A DNA stretch of 64,000 nucleotides from Paraspadella gotoi (taxonomy: Eukaryota > Animalia > Chaetognatha): the NCBI GenBank assembly GCA_051294375.1, contig CM119265.1:7574629-7638628 (forward strand). The letters run 5' to 3'. Shown in pieces: positions 40,647 to 57,308 of this stretch; positions within the stretch are counted from its first letter, which is position 1; every line of letters starts with the position of its first letter. The notes beneath the pieces were generated by a model. That model saw nothing but the letters and a program-made list of their open reading frames with translations, was not told the origin of the DNA and did no database searches. A program made the position numbers and the translations under genes.

Positions 40647-40860
40647 GGTCATATTAATTCACTCTTCCCGGACCGCAGCCGCCACGGAGCCAGTCGGCGG
40701 CAGCGGCTGCCGATCCGACTCGGCTTCTCCTTCCGGCTTTCTTGCGCTGCGGATCAGGGAGATTTTCTCTCTCTCCAATTGGTAGTCGGCTTCTTCCGGT
40801 CGAAGTCCAGCGGATCGGGCCGGATTGTCTCTCATCTCTCTCCTCTCTCTCGTCATCTCT

Positions 40861-40898
<38 letters not shown>

Positions 40899-42837
40899 CA
40901 CCAAACAACGTCGAAAAGTCAAGTGCTCACATTTTTGGAGGAAACAGTTGTTTAGGCTCTTCATTAGGCGCGCTAGAGAAACTACGATCTACGTCAATTA
41001 CTCACTAATAAGGCAAAACAAACTGCCGGCCTCGCTGTGTAAAATCACGCTTACAATCAATTGGGATTTATGTACAAATGGTGATGACTTTTCCTTTAAC
41101 AAAATTTACATTTGGCTTTTTAGATCAGTTAGTGCTTCAATAAAGCCAAATACAATTAGATACAATGTCTTAAAACAGTTTTTTAAAAAAAGGATTTGAT
41201 TGAAGTGTTGGACAATTTGAAAGTTTATAAAGTTAAATTCCTTAAGGGTTCTTGGAACAACTTTAGCGCGTGTACTCTAAACCCAAAGAAAGATTGCTTT
41301 GGTCAAAATCTCGGCGACCTTAAGTTTACTTTCAAAATGCGAAGATCTTTCCTTTGTTATTTGTCTTCACGCCGCGGATACGACGTTTCGTTGTTTGTCA
41401 CGGACGAAACTGATCGAAACTTAAGTTTCCAAGAGAAAAGAGTCGCGAATAAAATAATGAGTTTTGTACTTGAACACGAAACTGTTATTCCTTAAATACA
41501 GAGTTTCTCTCTGGCGCGAAACAGTTTTTGTGAGATTTTGCAAGCGAAAACTAACTACGATGGAAAAAATCTCTCTGAAATTGAGGCGGAGACGATACTT
41601 GCTCGCGAAAGAAGTATTGACCATAAAATGAATTGCAAGCATATCTTTAACAAGTCAAGAATAAATTTACTTCACTTATTTACCCGTGCGAGCATAGAAA
41701 ATAACAAGAGCCTTCTCATTACTAGTAGCACATGACAATCACAGCATGACTATTGGCAGTATTTTGACGGGGAATTTAGAAAAAAAAAACCGAACTTTTT
41801 CCAGATCATTGCTAAAATATTATAACAGGAATTTGATAAAATTTTAGCTCCTATAGTACAAAGGTGGGCCTGGACTCACGGCATTATTGAATCTTCTGCT
41901 GCTTTTCTAATCCAAGATGATCGAATATCATTTTTGCTAACTATTAATAGAGTAGACCGATGGTTAGGGAAAAAAGGGTAGAGGAAGGAAAGGAAAGGAT
42001 GACACAGAAAATTATGAGGTAGAAAACGTAGGAGAAAAGGCGAGAAAAACGTCTGAGAGAAAGAGAGAAAAAGACGAAGAGTCTCCGAAAAAAAGTTCGA
42101 CGAAAGTAAAGGAAAGATAAGAAAAGGAGTGAACAAAACAAAAGAAAAAATTTATTAATATAGCGTGCCATTTTTTTGCCAAAGCACACAGTAGCTATAT
42201 CTAAAATACGCCAACAGATCTTGACGAGCAAAATTTGAATCTCTACAAAGTTGCTCTTGCCATGAAAATACAGAATTTTAGTTTCATCTTAATTAAGGCG
42301 CGATACCGTAATAACGACTGCATTCAAGAAGAAATCATCGTCTTCACCGTATTTTGAAAACATTAGAAACTTCACCCAGTGAGATCTAGTTATATGAGGA
42401 GACAGATAAGATATTATATAAATTAAGAGATGTTTCATATTTATCAGAGGGGAAAAAAGACCAATAATAGTTAGCTATAAGTTCCAAGTATTCATTGTTT
42501 GAGAAAATACCCGTAATAAAAATCACGTGCCCTATCTCCAAATACAATTTTCTTTAGAAAAAATAGACTCCCGATCCGCGCGAACCCATGATCGACCGCT
42601 CGGAGGCAGAGAGAAGAGACTCGGCGGTGACGAGGGGAAGAGAGAGAGAAAAGATAAGTTCGCGCTGGCAGCTCGATCGGATCGACTCTGCCGTATCAGC
42701 GCGGATCCGGGAGACAGGCGAGAAGAAGAGGAAGAGGAGTAGAGAGCCAGCGACTGTAGTCGAAGGCAGGGAGAGCCGATCGGCGCCGCGCGGCTGCTCC
42801 GGAGGTGCGCTGCATTCGAGGCTTCTTGAGTATAGCC
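40647..42837. mobile_element. Putative 2.2-kb element with degenerate GC-rich long inverted ends inside (GA)n
   Basis: Left end GCAGCCGCCACGGAGCCAG...GCGGCTGCCGATC...GGCTTCTCC and GCGGATCGGG (~40810) align by eye to the reverse complement of the right end (GCAGCGCACCTCCGGAGCAGCCGCGCGGCGCCGATCGGCTCTCC; CCCGATCCGC ~42570). AT-rich core. Absent from the alternate path 38100-38187. Confidence 0.5.
41000..41825 (+). pseudogene. Interrupted ORF of unknown product inside the 2.2-kb element
   Basis: ORFs 41196-41495 and 41538-41735 share a frame and are separated by one TAA. The frame stays open about 30 more codons after a TGA. The upstream ORF would join via a frameshift at a T/A homopolymer (~41180-41190). 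No recognisable domain. Confidence 0.35.
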
Positions 42838-42847
42838 ATGAGAGGAG

Positions 42848-42886
<39 letters not shown>

Positions 42887-43308
42887 CACGCGCCCGAAAT
42901 CGACGTCTCGATTGGATCCGTGAAAAGAGTCCGTGAAACCATTAGTTTGAAGGGAATGCGGTGAGACAAAGTGCGTTGTGGGTGAGAGAAAGGGGGGCGG
43001 TGAGGGAAGACCCAAGATGGTGATCATGTCCGCGATGAAATGCTCGCCTCGCCTCTCCTCGACCGTCTCCCTCTCTCTCTCTCACTCTTCTTCCCAGGGC
43101 TCCTCGTCTCTCCCTCTCTCTCTCTTCACCTCCTTCAGTTCACCGCGCGAGTCTAATGGAAAACTGATAATGAGAGAAGGAAAAGACTCTCCGGAACCAG
43201 AGAGAGAGGAGAGAGGGAGAGAAGAGAGAGGGGAGGGGGGAGAGAAGAGTCGAGAGAGGAGCGAAAGGTAAGGGAGAGAAGGCGAAATAACGATGAGAGG
43301 GAATAACC

Positions 43309-43430
<122 letters not shown>

Positions 43431-43725
43431 TGGCTATAAAAGACGTTAGAGAGGCCACTCTAAAGAAGACCGAGAGGAACCAAGAGCCTAAGATTGAAAC
43501 CCCCAAAACTTTGCTTGATTAGATCTTCTTCCACTTCACCCACAGTCACGAATACCTTGAAACTTCATAGGTTAACTCTTGTCCAGTGTCCAATGTCCAC
43601 TTCTCTTGTCCACCTCTCTCCTTGTCACCTGTTACAAGTATTCACAACGGGCACAAAATTCATCTTTAAAATTTTTATACGGATAACGAAGACATTTAGT
43701 TGGGGAATTCGTTTTCCTGTTTTCT

Positions 43726-43845
<120 letters not shown>

Positions 43846-46800
43846 CAGGCTACATTCGCAAAATGGCGGTTCTCAGAATCAGTTCCCTTCAAAAAGAAAT
43901 CTCCAACTGGGCGTCTAATGTTTCGGCTTGAAGCGAAAACCCGTGAGACTTTAAACTAACAACAGATAGAATGACGAGACCGGACGACGAAATTACTCGA
44001 TTCCCTCTTGGAAACTCGCATAACAACCTTTTTAGCCCCAGTCGGGCATCTTCACGACGTAAGCCCCCGGAATTGGCCGACAAAAAATAACTTCGGTTTT
44101 GGAGACGTCGGCCTCCGCTTTTTCTACGTCAATTTTGTCGGTTTTTTTTACTCCTCCCCTTTCCGCCGACAACGTAGCGACGAGAAGTATTCGGCCACAC
44201 GTTTTTCCGGATGGATCCGGCCGTATTTTCCGGCGGATAAGAGCAGTAGTTTGGAAAGTGGGCGCCGCCGTAAAAAAACGAGGACCAATAGAAGGGAATG
44301 AAGGTCGCCGTCCCGAACGAGTTGTAAAATTGATTCTCACTAAACCATTTACCCGGTCTCGTCTCACATCGTTGAGGGTGATAGGTAGGGAACTGAGGNN
44401 NNNNNNNNNNNNNNNNNNNNNNNNNNNNNNNNNNNNNNNNNNNNNNNNNNNNNNNNNNNNNNNNNNNNNNNNNNNNNNNNNNNNNNNNNNNNNNNNNNNN
44501 NNNNNNNNNNNNNNNNNNNNNNNNNNNNNNNNNNNNNNNNNNNNNNNNNNNNGCCGCCGCCCGCCGTCGCCCGCCGCCGCCCGCCGCCTTCCTCCCCCGG
44601 CTTTTCATGGCTCCCCTAAGAGGCATCGTTCAAAAGACTTTCACCGCTCTTTTGTTGGCTTTTGTTTACAGGCGGNNNNNNNNNNNNNNNNNNNNNNNNN
44701 NNNNNNNNNNNNNNNNNNNNNNNNNNNNNNNNNNNNNNNNNNNNNNNNNNNNNNNNNNNNNNNNNNNNNNNNNNNNNNNNNNNNNNNNNNNNNNNNNNNN
44801 NNNNNNNNNNNNNNNNNNNNNNNNNNNNNNNNNNNNNNNNNNNNNNNNNNNNNNNNNNNNNNNNNNNNNNNNNNNNNNNNGAATGGAAATTGGGAAATGC
44901 GCATTCGAGGCGTCGAACTGAATGGCGCGAAAAGAAACGAAACGCCCGTCGAGGGCCTTTAGCGGAAAAGTCTTAATGGAAACGGCGACCGGGGTCACCA
45001 TGGTAACGTGACACAGATTTATTTTCGGCTGATTAGAGGGTGAAAAAAGTTTGCTTGTTAAGTTTTAAAAGTGTGGGACTGTTTGGGACTATGACTCTCC
45101 GAATTTTTCTTGTTAACTATGATCACTGAACAGGCTTCGACCTTCAAATTTACTAACAGATGGCGTCAGCTTCGTCTGGTTTTGCGATGCTGTTTTTTTA
45201 TTAGTGGGTCTGATCCCACCATTCCAAAAAAGGTAGAAAAACAACAACGACGAAGAAAATGACGACGACAACGCTGACCACCAGGTTTTACTCTCCAAAA
45301 AAAAACCTCGACAGCCGAATGACGTCGGCCCGAGAAGAGTCAGTCTCGTCTTCCGGAAAACGTCTTTGCCGGAAATGTCGTCGTCGTCGTCGTCGCCGAA
45401 AAAAAAAGGGTCGACGGTTTTAAAAACCGGGAGACCCACCCGGTCACACCCTCGCGCCCCCGTCCCCCTTAGTCGCCACGCCCACTCCTCTTCTCTTCCT
45501 TCCTTTCTCGTCCAGAGCCTTTCGACTTCCCTCTTTCGGCGAATTCCTAGAAACGAAGACAAAAGAGCAACGAAATTTCCCGGCGTCCGAAAAGGAAATT
45601 GGGGGCGTGGCAGTTCCCTTTGTCGACGCTAATTGAAATCGCGACGAAAAGGNNNNNNNNNNNNNNNNNNNNNNNNNNNNNNNNNNNNNNNNNNNNNNNN
45701 NNNNNNNNNNNNNNNNNNNNNNNNNNNNNNNNNNNNNNNNNNNNNNNNNNNNNNNNNNNNNNNNNNNNNNNNNNNNNNNNNNNNNNNNNNNNNNNNNNNN
45801 NNNNNNNNNNNNNNNNNNNNNNNNNNNNNNNNNNNNNNNNNNNNNNNNNNNNNNNNNNNNNNNNNNNNNNNNNNNNNNNNNNNNNNNNNNNNNNNNNNNN
45901 NNNNNNNNNNNNNNNNNNNNNNNNNNNNNNNNNNNNNNNNNNNNNNNNNNNNNNNNNNNNNNNNNNNNNNNNCCGCCGTATCCGCTGCCGCCTCCTGCAG
46001 CTTCCGCCGCTTCCGCTGCTCCGCCGCGCCCCCTCCTACCGTTTTAGAGCTCCTCAATCCCCACTTCTATTGTTTTTGCTGTCAGACTTGATCTTTGCGG
46101 TGGTCAGAGACTCAGAGAGCCGCGTTGACATCTCGTTTCACGGTTTAACGACGTCCGAATGGGGTGTGGAGGGGGTTTACATGGGGTGAGGAAGAGGAGG
46201 GGAGAGAGTGAGAAAGAAGGAGAAAAGTTGGATCAAAGAAAAAAAAAGGGAATCGGAAACGGAAACGGATTCGAATTACATCCCCGCGACAAATGACACG
46301 AATTAAATTACATCCGGTAGGCGAGCGACTTCTCCCCTGGATCAAAGGATACCGACGTCTACGACGACGACAACGACGACGACGACAACGACGACGACGG
46401 CTCACGACCGCGACGAAGAATGGCAAATTGGATGTTGATTAGGATTCGCGTCGTCGGTTGTCGTCGTTGTTGTTGTCGTTGTTGTTGTCGTGTTCCTTCC
46501 GCTTTCAAGTCTCACAATTCCTTTGCTCCTTTTGGAGTCGGAATTGAAATTCAGCGTCGGCGTCGCTTTCACGTCACGTCGCCGTCCGTTTTTCACGAAT
46601 TCGTCTTTTTCATGTCGAAGACTCAATCTTAGAATAGATTGATGGCATTCGGTGAATCTTTTCGATGTCGCCGACTGTATGTACATTTTGATGGCATCGA
46701 CTAAATCGTACGATGTTTCTGACTACATTTTTTAAGGTTACTGTTCGAATATTTTGCTGTCGTTCAGCGTTTTTTTGAAATTATTCAGTTACTAAGTTAT

Positions 46801-47272
46801 TAAGTTACTAAATTACTAAGTTAATAATCTCAAAGTAGAATGACATCGACTAAATGTTTCGATGTCACAAATCTATTTTAAGACGACAAGATGGCGAAGG
46901 CCCCAGCGGATTATATATGATGATAATAATGTTAATACTTTCAAAGATGACTATGACATTAATGATAATAATCAAGATATGATAATGATGATTGGGAGGA
47001 TGGATCGATAATCTAAAACGGATCTACGTCAACGAAGACACAAAAACCACGTCAAAGACGTCGCTCATGAACGACGGGGATGACGTCAAAGCGGAAAGAC
47101 TATCGACGTGGCTTAAGAAATCAATAACAACGACGACGACGAGAGACAACGACAAAGTGCATCGGCTTCGCTCGGACCGCCGAGGACGTTTCGCTCGTTT
47201 TTCTGTCAGACTCAAAAGTCGTTAACAGACAAAAAACGTCGGAAATCTTTTTCTCTTTTCTGCCGGTGATTT

Positions 47273-47393
47273 CGACGAACGTCGAACGACGAACGACGAA
47301 CGACGAACGACGAACAACGAACGATGAACGACGAACGACGAACAACGAACGTCGAACGACGAACGTCGAACGACGAACGTCGAACGACGAACG
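47273..47393. repeat. (CGACGAA)n heptamer repeat
   Basis: About 17 copies with CGTCGAA and CAACGAA variants. Confidence 0.95.
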
Positions 47394-49536
47394 TTTATGG
47401 CTTTGATGGCGCTAATTCCATAGACGCCGGTAACACCGGCTTCGTTTTTTACACGACGACGCCGCCCTCGTCGACCGGCGTCAATTTAACGCCACATTTT
47501 CTGTTAAAATTTTAACTTTTTTTCGGAGGAAAAAAAACCCGTTCAGAATGCAATCAGTAAAGTTGACATTTGCGAAGAGATTTAGTTTATACATATTTAA
47601 CAATCAAATATTCATGTGTGTCGTTCCCCATCGATGAACATCATTTGACTTACGTGACATACATACATGTGGCTCATTCCATGGGATCTATCCTATCTAT
47701 TTACGTATCGAACGATTAATGGAGTTATTATGCGCGCGAGAGTCATCGTCCCCTTTGTATTGATGTTAATGACAGTAGACAGTGAATAGAGGATCGACAG
47801 ACTGACTGATTTTGCTGCTAAAATACGCCATGAGAATAACTGACGAATTTTATGGGCGACTAACGAAATAGAGAAGAAAAAGAAAAGTTAAACAATTTTC
47901 TTTCTGGAGAATAATTATTAAGAATAAATAAATAAATAAATAATAAAAACAAAATAGTTAGTTAAGGTTTTTCTTCTTTGGCTGGACGAACTTCTGTTCA
48001 GAAAAATCGCCGTATTCTCTTTTATCGGTCGACTCCCTGATTTGCCACAAAATTCTCTCTGTCTCTATTTCTTTCCAACGAATATTATGATTGATTAGGT
48101 GAAATTAACCATTCATCTCTCCTTATTTGGTTATTATTGTGCCGTCGCTCTTGCTTTCAATTTTCTTCCCTTCTCTCTCTCTCTCTCTCTCTCTCNNNNN
48201 NNNNNNNNNNNNNNNNNNNNNNNNNNNNNNNNNNNNNNNNNNNNNNNNNNNNNNNNNNNNNNNNNNNNNNNNNNNNNNNNNNNNNNNNNNNNNNNNNNNN
48301 NNNNNNNNNNNNNNNNNNNNNNNNNNNNNNNNNNNNNNNNCCTGGCAGATAACCTTGACGACGGCGAAGCGTCAATGGCGCATTGAATCGACACCGAAAC
48401 GCGAGAATCACCTGCTTTGAATAAAAATCGTTAGCTTCGTCGTCGCTGTCGTCGTCGTCCGGGTCGTCGTCTCTCTCATCGTCGTCGTCGTATTTGTCAT
48501 ATTAGTAGTTAATTTTTTTTTTCTGAACAAATTTTATATTTTTTCATCTATTCAATCATCCGTTTCTCCATTCATTATTTAATTGATTCATTGATTAACT
48601 GATTCTTTGATTCATTGATTCATTCATCTATTCTTTCATTCATACATAATGATACTGTTGCAGTCTATACTTTCAATCATTTATCCATTCCTTTTTCCAT
48701 CCATCCATCCCGCTTTTTTTTTCTTTCCGGCCCATGACTTGGCCCCGCAACGACGACGAAGACTATTACGAAAACTACGTAGACGACGACGAAAACGATG
48801 ACGATGACGAAGACGAAAACGACGAAAGACGATGATGATGTCAGGTCGTAACCAATCTCCGCTTCAACTCATGGGAAAAATCAGTTTTCGCCGAATGACG
48901 TATCACCATAAAACAAGCGAGCCTCTAGTACATATTATATGCGAACGAGTGAGTTAGANNNNNNNNNNNNNNNNNNNNNNNNNNNNNNNNNNNNNNNNNN
49001 NNNNNNNNNNNNNNNNNNNNNNNNNNNNNNNNNNNNNNNNNNNNNNNNNNNNNNNNNNNNNNNNNNNNNNNNNNNNNNNNNNNNNNNNNNNNNNNNNNNN
49101 NNNNNNNNNNNNNNNNNNNNNNNNNNNNNNNNNNNNNNNNNNNNNNNNNNNNNNNNNNNNNNNNNNNNNNNNNNNNNNNNNNNNNNNNNNNNNNNNNNNN
49201 NNNNNNNNNNNNNNNNNNNNNNNNNNNNNNNNNNNNNNNNNNNNNNNNNNNNNNNNNNNNNNNNNNNNNNNNNNNNNNNNNNNNNNNNNNNNNNNNNNNN
49301 NNNNNNNNNNNNNNNNNNNNNNNNNNNNNNNNNNNNNNNNNNNNNNNNNNNNNNNNNNNNNNNNNNNNNNNNNNNNNNNNNNNNNNNNNNNNNNNNNNNN
49401 NNNNNNNNNNNNNNNNNNNNNNNNNNNNNNNNNNNNNNNNNNNNNNNNNNNNNNNNNNNNNNNNNNNNNNNNNNNNNNNNNNNNNNNNNNNNNNNATTCT
49501 GGCGCCATTTTTTTTTCTCTGGCAAACGCGTGCGTT

Positions 49537-50180
49537 CGCTGGTGATTTTTGCTTCGGCGCCGGAGAATATCCTTGCAGCGGTGTTTTTGAATCACGGCGC
49601 TTTTGATGAGATCCCAGACGATGTGTCCTGGTCTCCGATAGCGAGATAGGCTTTGGCTTTTGAACAAAAAAAAATTTAAAAAATTTTAAAATTACGTTAA
49701 TAAACCTAAAAATTTATGTTATTCCAAAAATAACTACATCATTGACATAACTGTTGCCGGTGTAGTGCGAGACGAGGGTATTTCAAAGTTTTATTCGACG
49801 GGACGCCGAAGAAAGAAAAAAAAAGAAAGTTGGAAAGAAGACAGAGAGGAAATGGAGACTTGAGAGTGAAGAGTCTCATTTGCATATTTGTCTGGAAATC
49901 GACGAAAGTTCGAATCCAAAAGGTGTTTTTGATCGGGCACTGTCGGGCGCCGATATTCTTAATTATTTTTGTTACTTGATAATTTTAGCTTCAACGCTTC
50001 TACAGATTTTATTGTTGGTTTTGATTTGGTTATCAAGAAAGTTTGATTTTCTTTTAAATTATAGTGGAGTAGCCTGTGGCAGACGGTACCTCGTTGTTAA
50101 TGCCTGAGTTCCAATAAAATATGAAACTGACACTATAATAACAAACTGTAATTAGTATGTAAAAAAAGTATGTAAAGATT
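49537..50180 (+). repeat. Duplicate of the window end 63362-64000
   Basis: CGCTGGTGATTTTTGCTTCGGCGCCGGAG...GTATGTAAAGATT is near-identical in both places. Confidence 0.95.
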
Positions 50181-50304
50181 GTTACGATCCCTTAATGATT
50201 GTGAAGTCATTTGTCTCCCATATCATATCCTCTCCCCTAACAACCGATCATCGTGATCGATAAGAGATAAAAGACTAATTAATTCCAGATCTCAAGTCAT
50301 AATC

Positions 50305-50393
<89 letters not shown>

Positions 50394-50403
50394 GTTCTCA
50401 GAT

Positions 50404-52291
<1,888 letters not shown>

Positions 52292-52320
52292 GCGCCTTAA
52301 TCGTGGCGTGACAGAGAGAT

Positions 52321-52369
<49 letters not shown>

Positions 52370-52370
52370 T

Positions 52371-52437
<67 letters not shown>

Positions 52438-53845
52438 TGGGGTCAGCGAGTCTAGGACGTCGAAGCCGTCGCCTCGGATCGCCTCACCTCAAGTCGAATC
52501 CTTCTTCATTCTCTCACGAGATGGCGCTGCGATGCAGTGAAGAATCGCGGGGAGGAGAGAGAACGGACAGACAGACATATTGACTGACGAACGGACAGAC
52601 TTAGAGACGAACAGGTATGAAATGAAAAAGAGGAACGCTTCTAAAAACATCTGTTCTAATTTCTCAGTTCTCAAATTAAATTAGTAATTAACCGCGAACG
52701 ATAAAGCGAGAGAGTAAGCGGAAGAAGGCAAAAATGAAGACGCGGCGACGACGATGACGACGACGACGGCGACGACGACGAATCCGGCGAAGAAGACAGC
52801 CAAAACAATTTTCAGAAATGCTTAGTCTGCTTCTCCCACTTCACCCGACTCTCCCACTCTCGCCATCCTTTATTCGACCAATGAGAAGTTAGAATTCGAC
52901 GGAACCAATCAGATTGAAAAGGCAGATTTAAAAAAAAAACTTTAATGCGTCCACGGATGTCGGTAACATATTTTTTTTTGAGTGGTTGGTGTTTTACTCA
53001 ATACAATATTTACATTTTTGCCAAAGGTCTGGATAAGATAAGTCTCCAAGTAATATAAAAAAATGTCTGTTTAAATATATACGTGTTGCTAAAATAAGCT
53101 AAAAGGATTTTAGTTACTGTCTCGCCATCTGGAACATTCGATTCTTTCTTCTTCTCCGCGAATGCAAAAATCTTCGAAGGCCATTAATTAATTTTATCGC
53201 GAGGAAAGGGAGGGAGGAGGAAGAAGAAGAAGAAGAGGAGGAGGAGGAGGCAAAGTCTAATTGATTGAATCTCGAAATTACAGTAAATACGAAGAAAAAA
53301 CGTGGGAATCGAGGAAAAAAAACCAAAGAAAAGATAAATGGATGCGAAAAAAATTGAAATCACAAAAAGTAGGAAAATTGGTTTATGTTTTCTCTTTAAT
53401 AATTAATCATCAATTAATCAATTAATCATAATTACTTACCTTATTAGTTGTTAGGAAGCAATTGTTAAAAGCGAGTGTAAATTTTTACAAAAATTACAAC
53501 TCACTCACAATACTAGGACGAACTTACTTACGGTCACAAACACTTTGCAAAACGATTTTTCCACAATTTGGATCGGAGTGAAAAAAACTTTCGGGACAAG
53601 AATAACAATAACGTTCACGACGGCAAACGACCACCCAGGATAAGCGTCAACATAAACGATTTAAAAAAAGTGACGTTTCTCTTTTCTCCCTTTTCTTTTT
53701 CTCCCATCTCCCTCTCTCTCCTCTCTCTCCGTCTCTCTCTCCCTATCCCCCCCTGCCGCTTTCTCCTTTTGGCTTCTCCGCGAGAATGTAAGATGGCAGC
53801 GCAGCGGTCGTGATTGGCTCCATCTTGTCTTGATGATCCGCATCA

Positions 53846-53944
<99 letters not shown>

Positions 53945-54187
53945 CTGCATCTTCTCTTCTCGATTTCATCGACTCCCCGTTTGTTGTTTTTCTCTCTCCG
54001 TGTCAGGGATCACGTGATCTACAAGTGGATGAACTGTCGATGGAAACTTTTCTTCCATTAAATCCCTTTTATTTTTTCTTTCCTATTTTTAAAACGAGTT
54101 TAGGGAAGATCGATTTGTTTGTTGGTCGCTCCATCGCCCTGCCGATCTGTCGGTCGGCTTGTNNNNNNNNNNNNNNNNNNNNNNNNN

Positions 54188-56107
<1,920 letters not shown>

Positions 56108-56867
56108 TTTGCATATTTCGTTTTTCAATACTGCGGCCAGCAAACGGAACGAATTGAAAAAAAAAATGGTAGACCATTGTTTGCAATAGAAATGCAACGT
56201 TTGCTGATACAGTGTCGAAATTCGGCATTGACCCAAATAGCCCCCATCTACTATTAGCTTCTTACCACTAAATTATCATGGCATGTCCTACATTGTTTGC
56301 TCAAAACTGTTTCTATCTTTAATTAAAATTAAATAATTGGGTTCAAATATACAATTATTATAATTTTTAGATAAAAATATGATAAACAAGTTAACAATAA
56401 TTTTGAAAAAAATTTATATTTTTCTGTACATGAAACGAGTCATGAAGAGAGGGAGAGAGAAAGAAAGAGGAGAGAAAGAGAGTGAGAAAGAAAAAGAAAA
56501 GAGAAAAGAGAAAGAGAGAGAGGAAAAAAAAGAGAGAAGAGAGAGAAAAGAGAGAGAGAGAGAAAGAGAAGATGGACAGACAGGAGATATTCTCAGATAC
56601 AATAACATAGTCAGAAAGTATATTTTCTCACCTAAACTTTGCTCTCTCTTTAACTCGCCCCTGGGGAGCACTTTTTGCTCCCCAAGGGGTTACCCCAGGG
56701 GCAGATTTTTTTGGCCCCAGAGGCTTTAGCATTAGGGCGCCCCTAAAGACCAAGATGTTTGCCCCAGGGGAACCCCCCTAGGCGGCCCTGGGAAATCAGA
56801 GGGGCGCCCCCTCATACATTTAGCTGCTCCCCTGGAATATTCTGCCCTCTGGGACTTGATATACTTG

Positions 56868-57308
56868 ATATACTTGATAGGCAGGGCGAATGAGGAGTTA
56901 GGGGAATTTTGTAGGGTGGTGCTTATAATTCGAGCCTCTGTGTATATACTGATGGCAGGGCGAATGAGAGTTAGGGAATTTTGCATGGTGGTGCTTATAA
57001 TTCGAGCCTCTGTGTATATACTTGATTGCAGGGCGAATGAGGAGTTAGTGGAATTTTGCAGGGTGGTGCTTATAATTTGAGCCTCTGTGTATATACTTGA
57101 TTGCAGGGCGAATGAGGAGTTAGAGATTTTGCAGGGTGGTGCTTATAATTCGAGCCTCTGTGTATATACTTGATGGCAGGGCGAATGAGGAGTTAGTGAA
57201 TTTTGCAGAGTGGTGCTTTAATTCGAGCCTCTGTGTATATACTGATTGGCAGGGCGAATGAGGAGTTAGGGAATTTTGCAGGTGGTGCTTATAATTCGAG
57301 CCTCTGTG
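56868..57308. repeat. Minisatellite, ~74-bp unit x6
   Basis: Unit CTTGATGGCAGGGCGAATGAGGAGTTAGGGAATTTTGCAGGGTGGTGCTTATAATTCGAGCCTCTGTGTATATA. GCAGGGCG recurs at about 56881, 56956, 57028, 57103, 57176 and 57249. Confidence 0.95.

Noticed and set aside
49497-49667. Minus-strand exon with TPR-like AKAYLAIGD
   Set aside because: In-frame stop shortly after, no clear splice acceptor, and it runs into a gap.
56868-57308. CRISPR array or repeat-protein ORF (56856-57080)
   Set aside because: Head-to-tail minisatellite without spacers. The ORF is a by-product and shifts frame between units.
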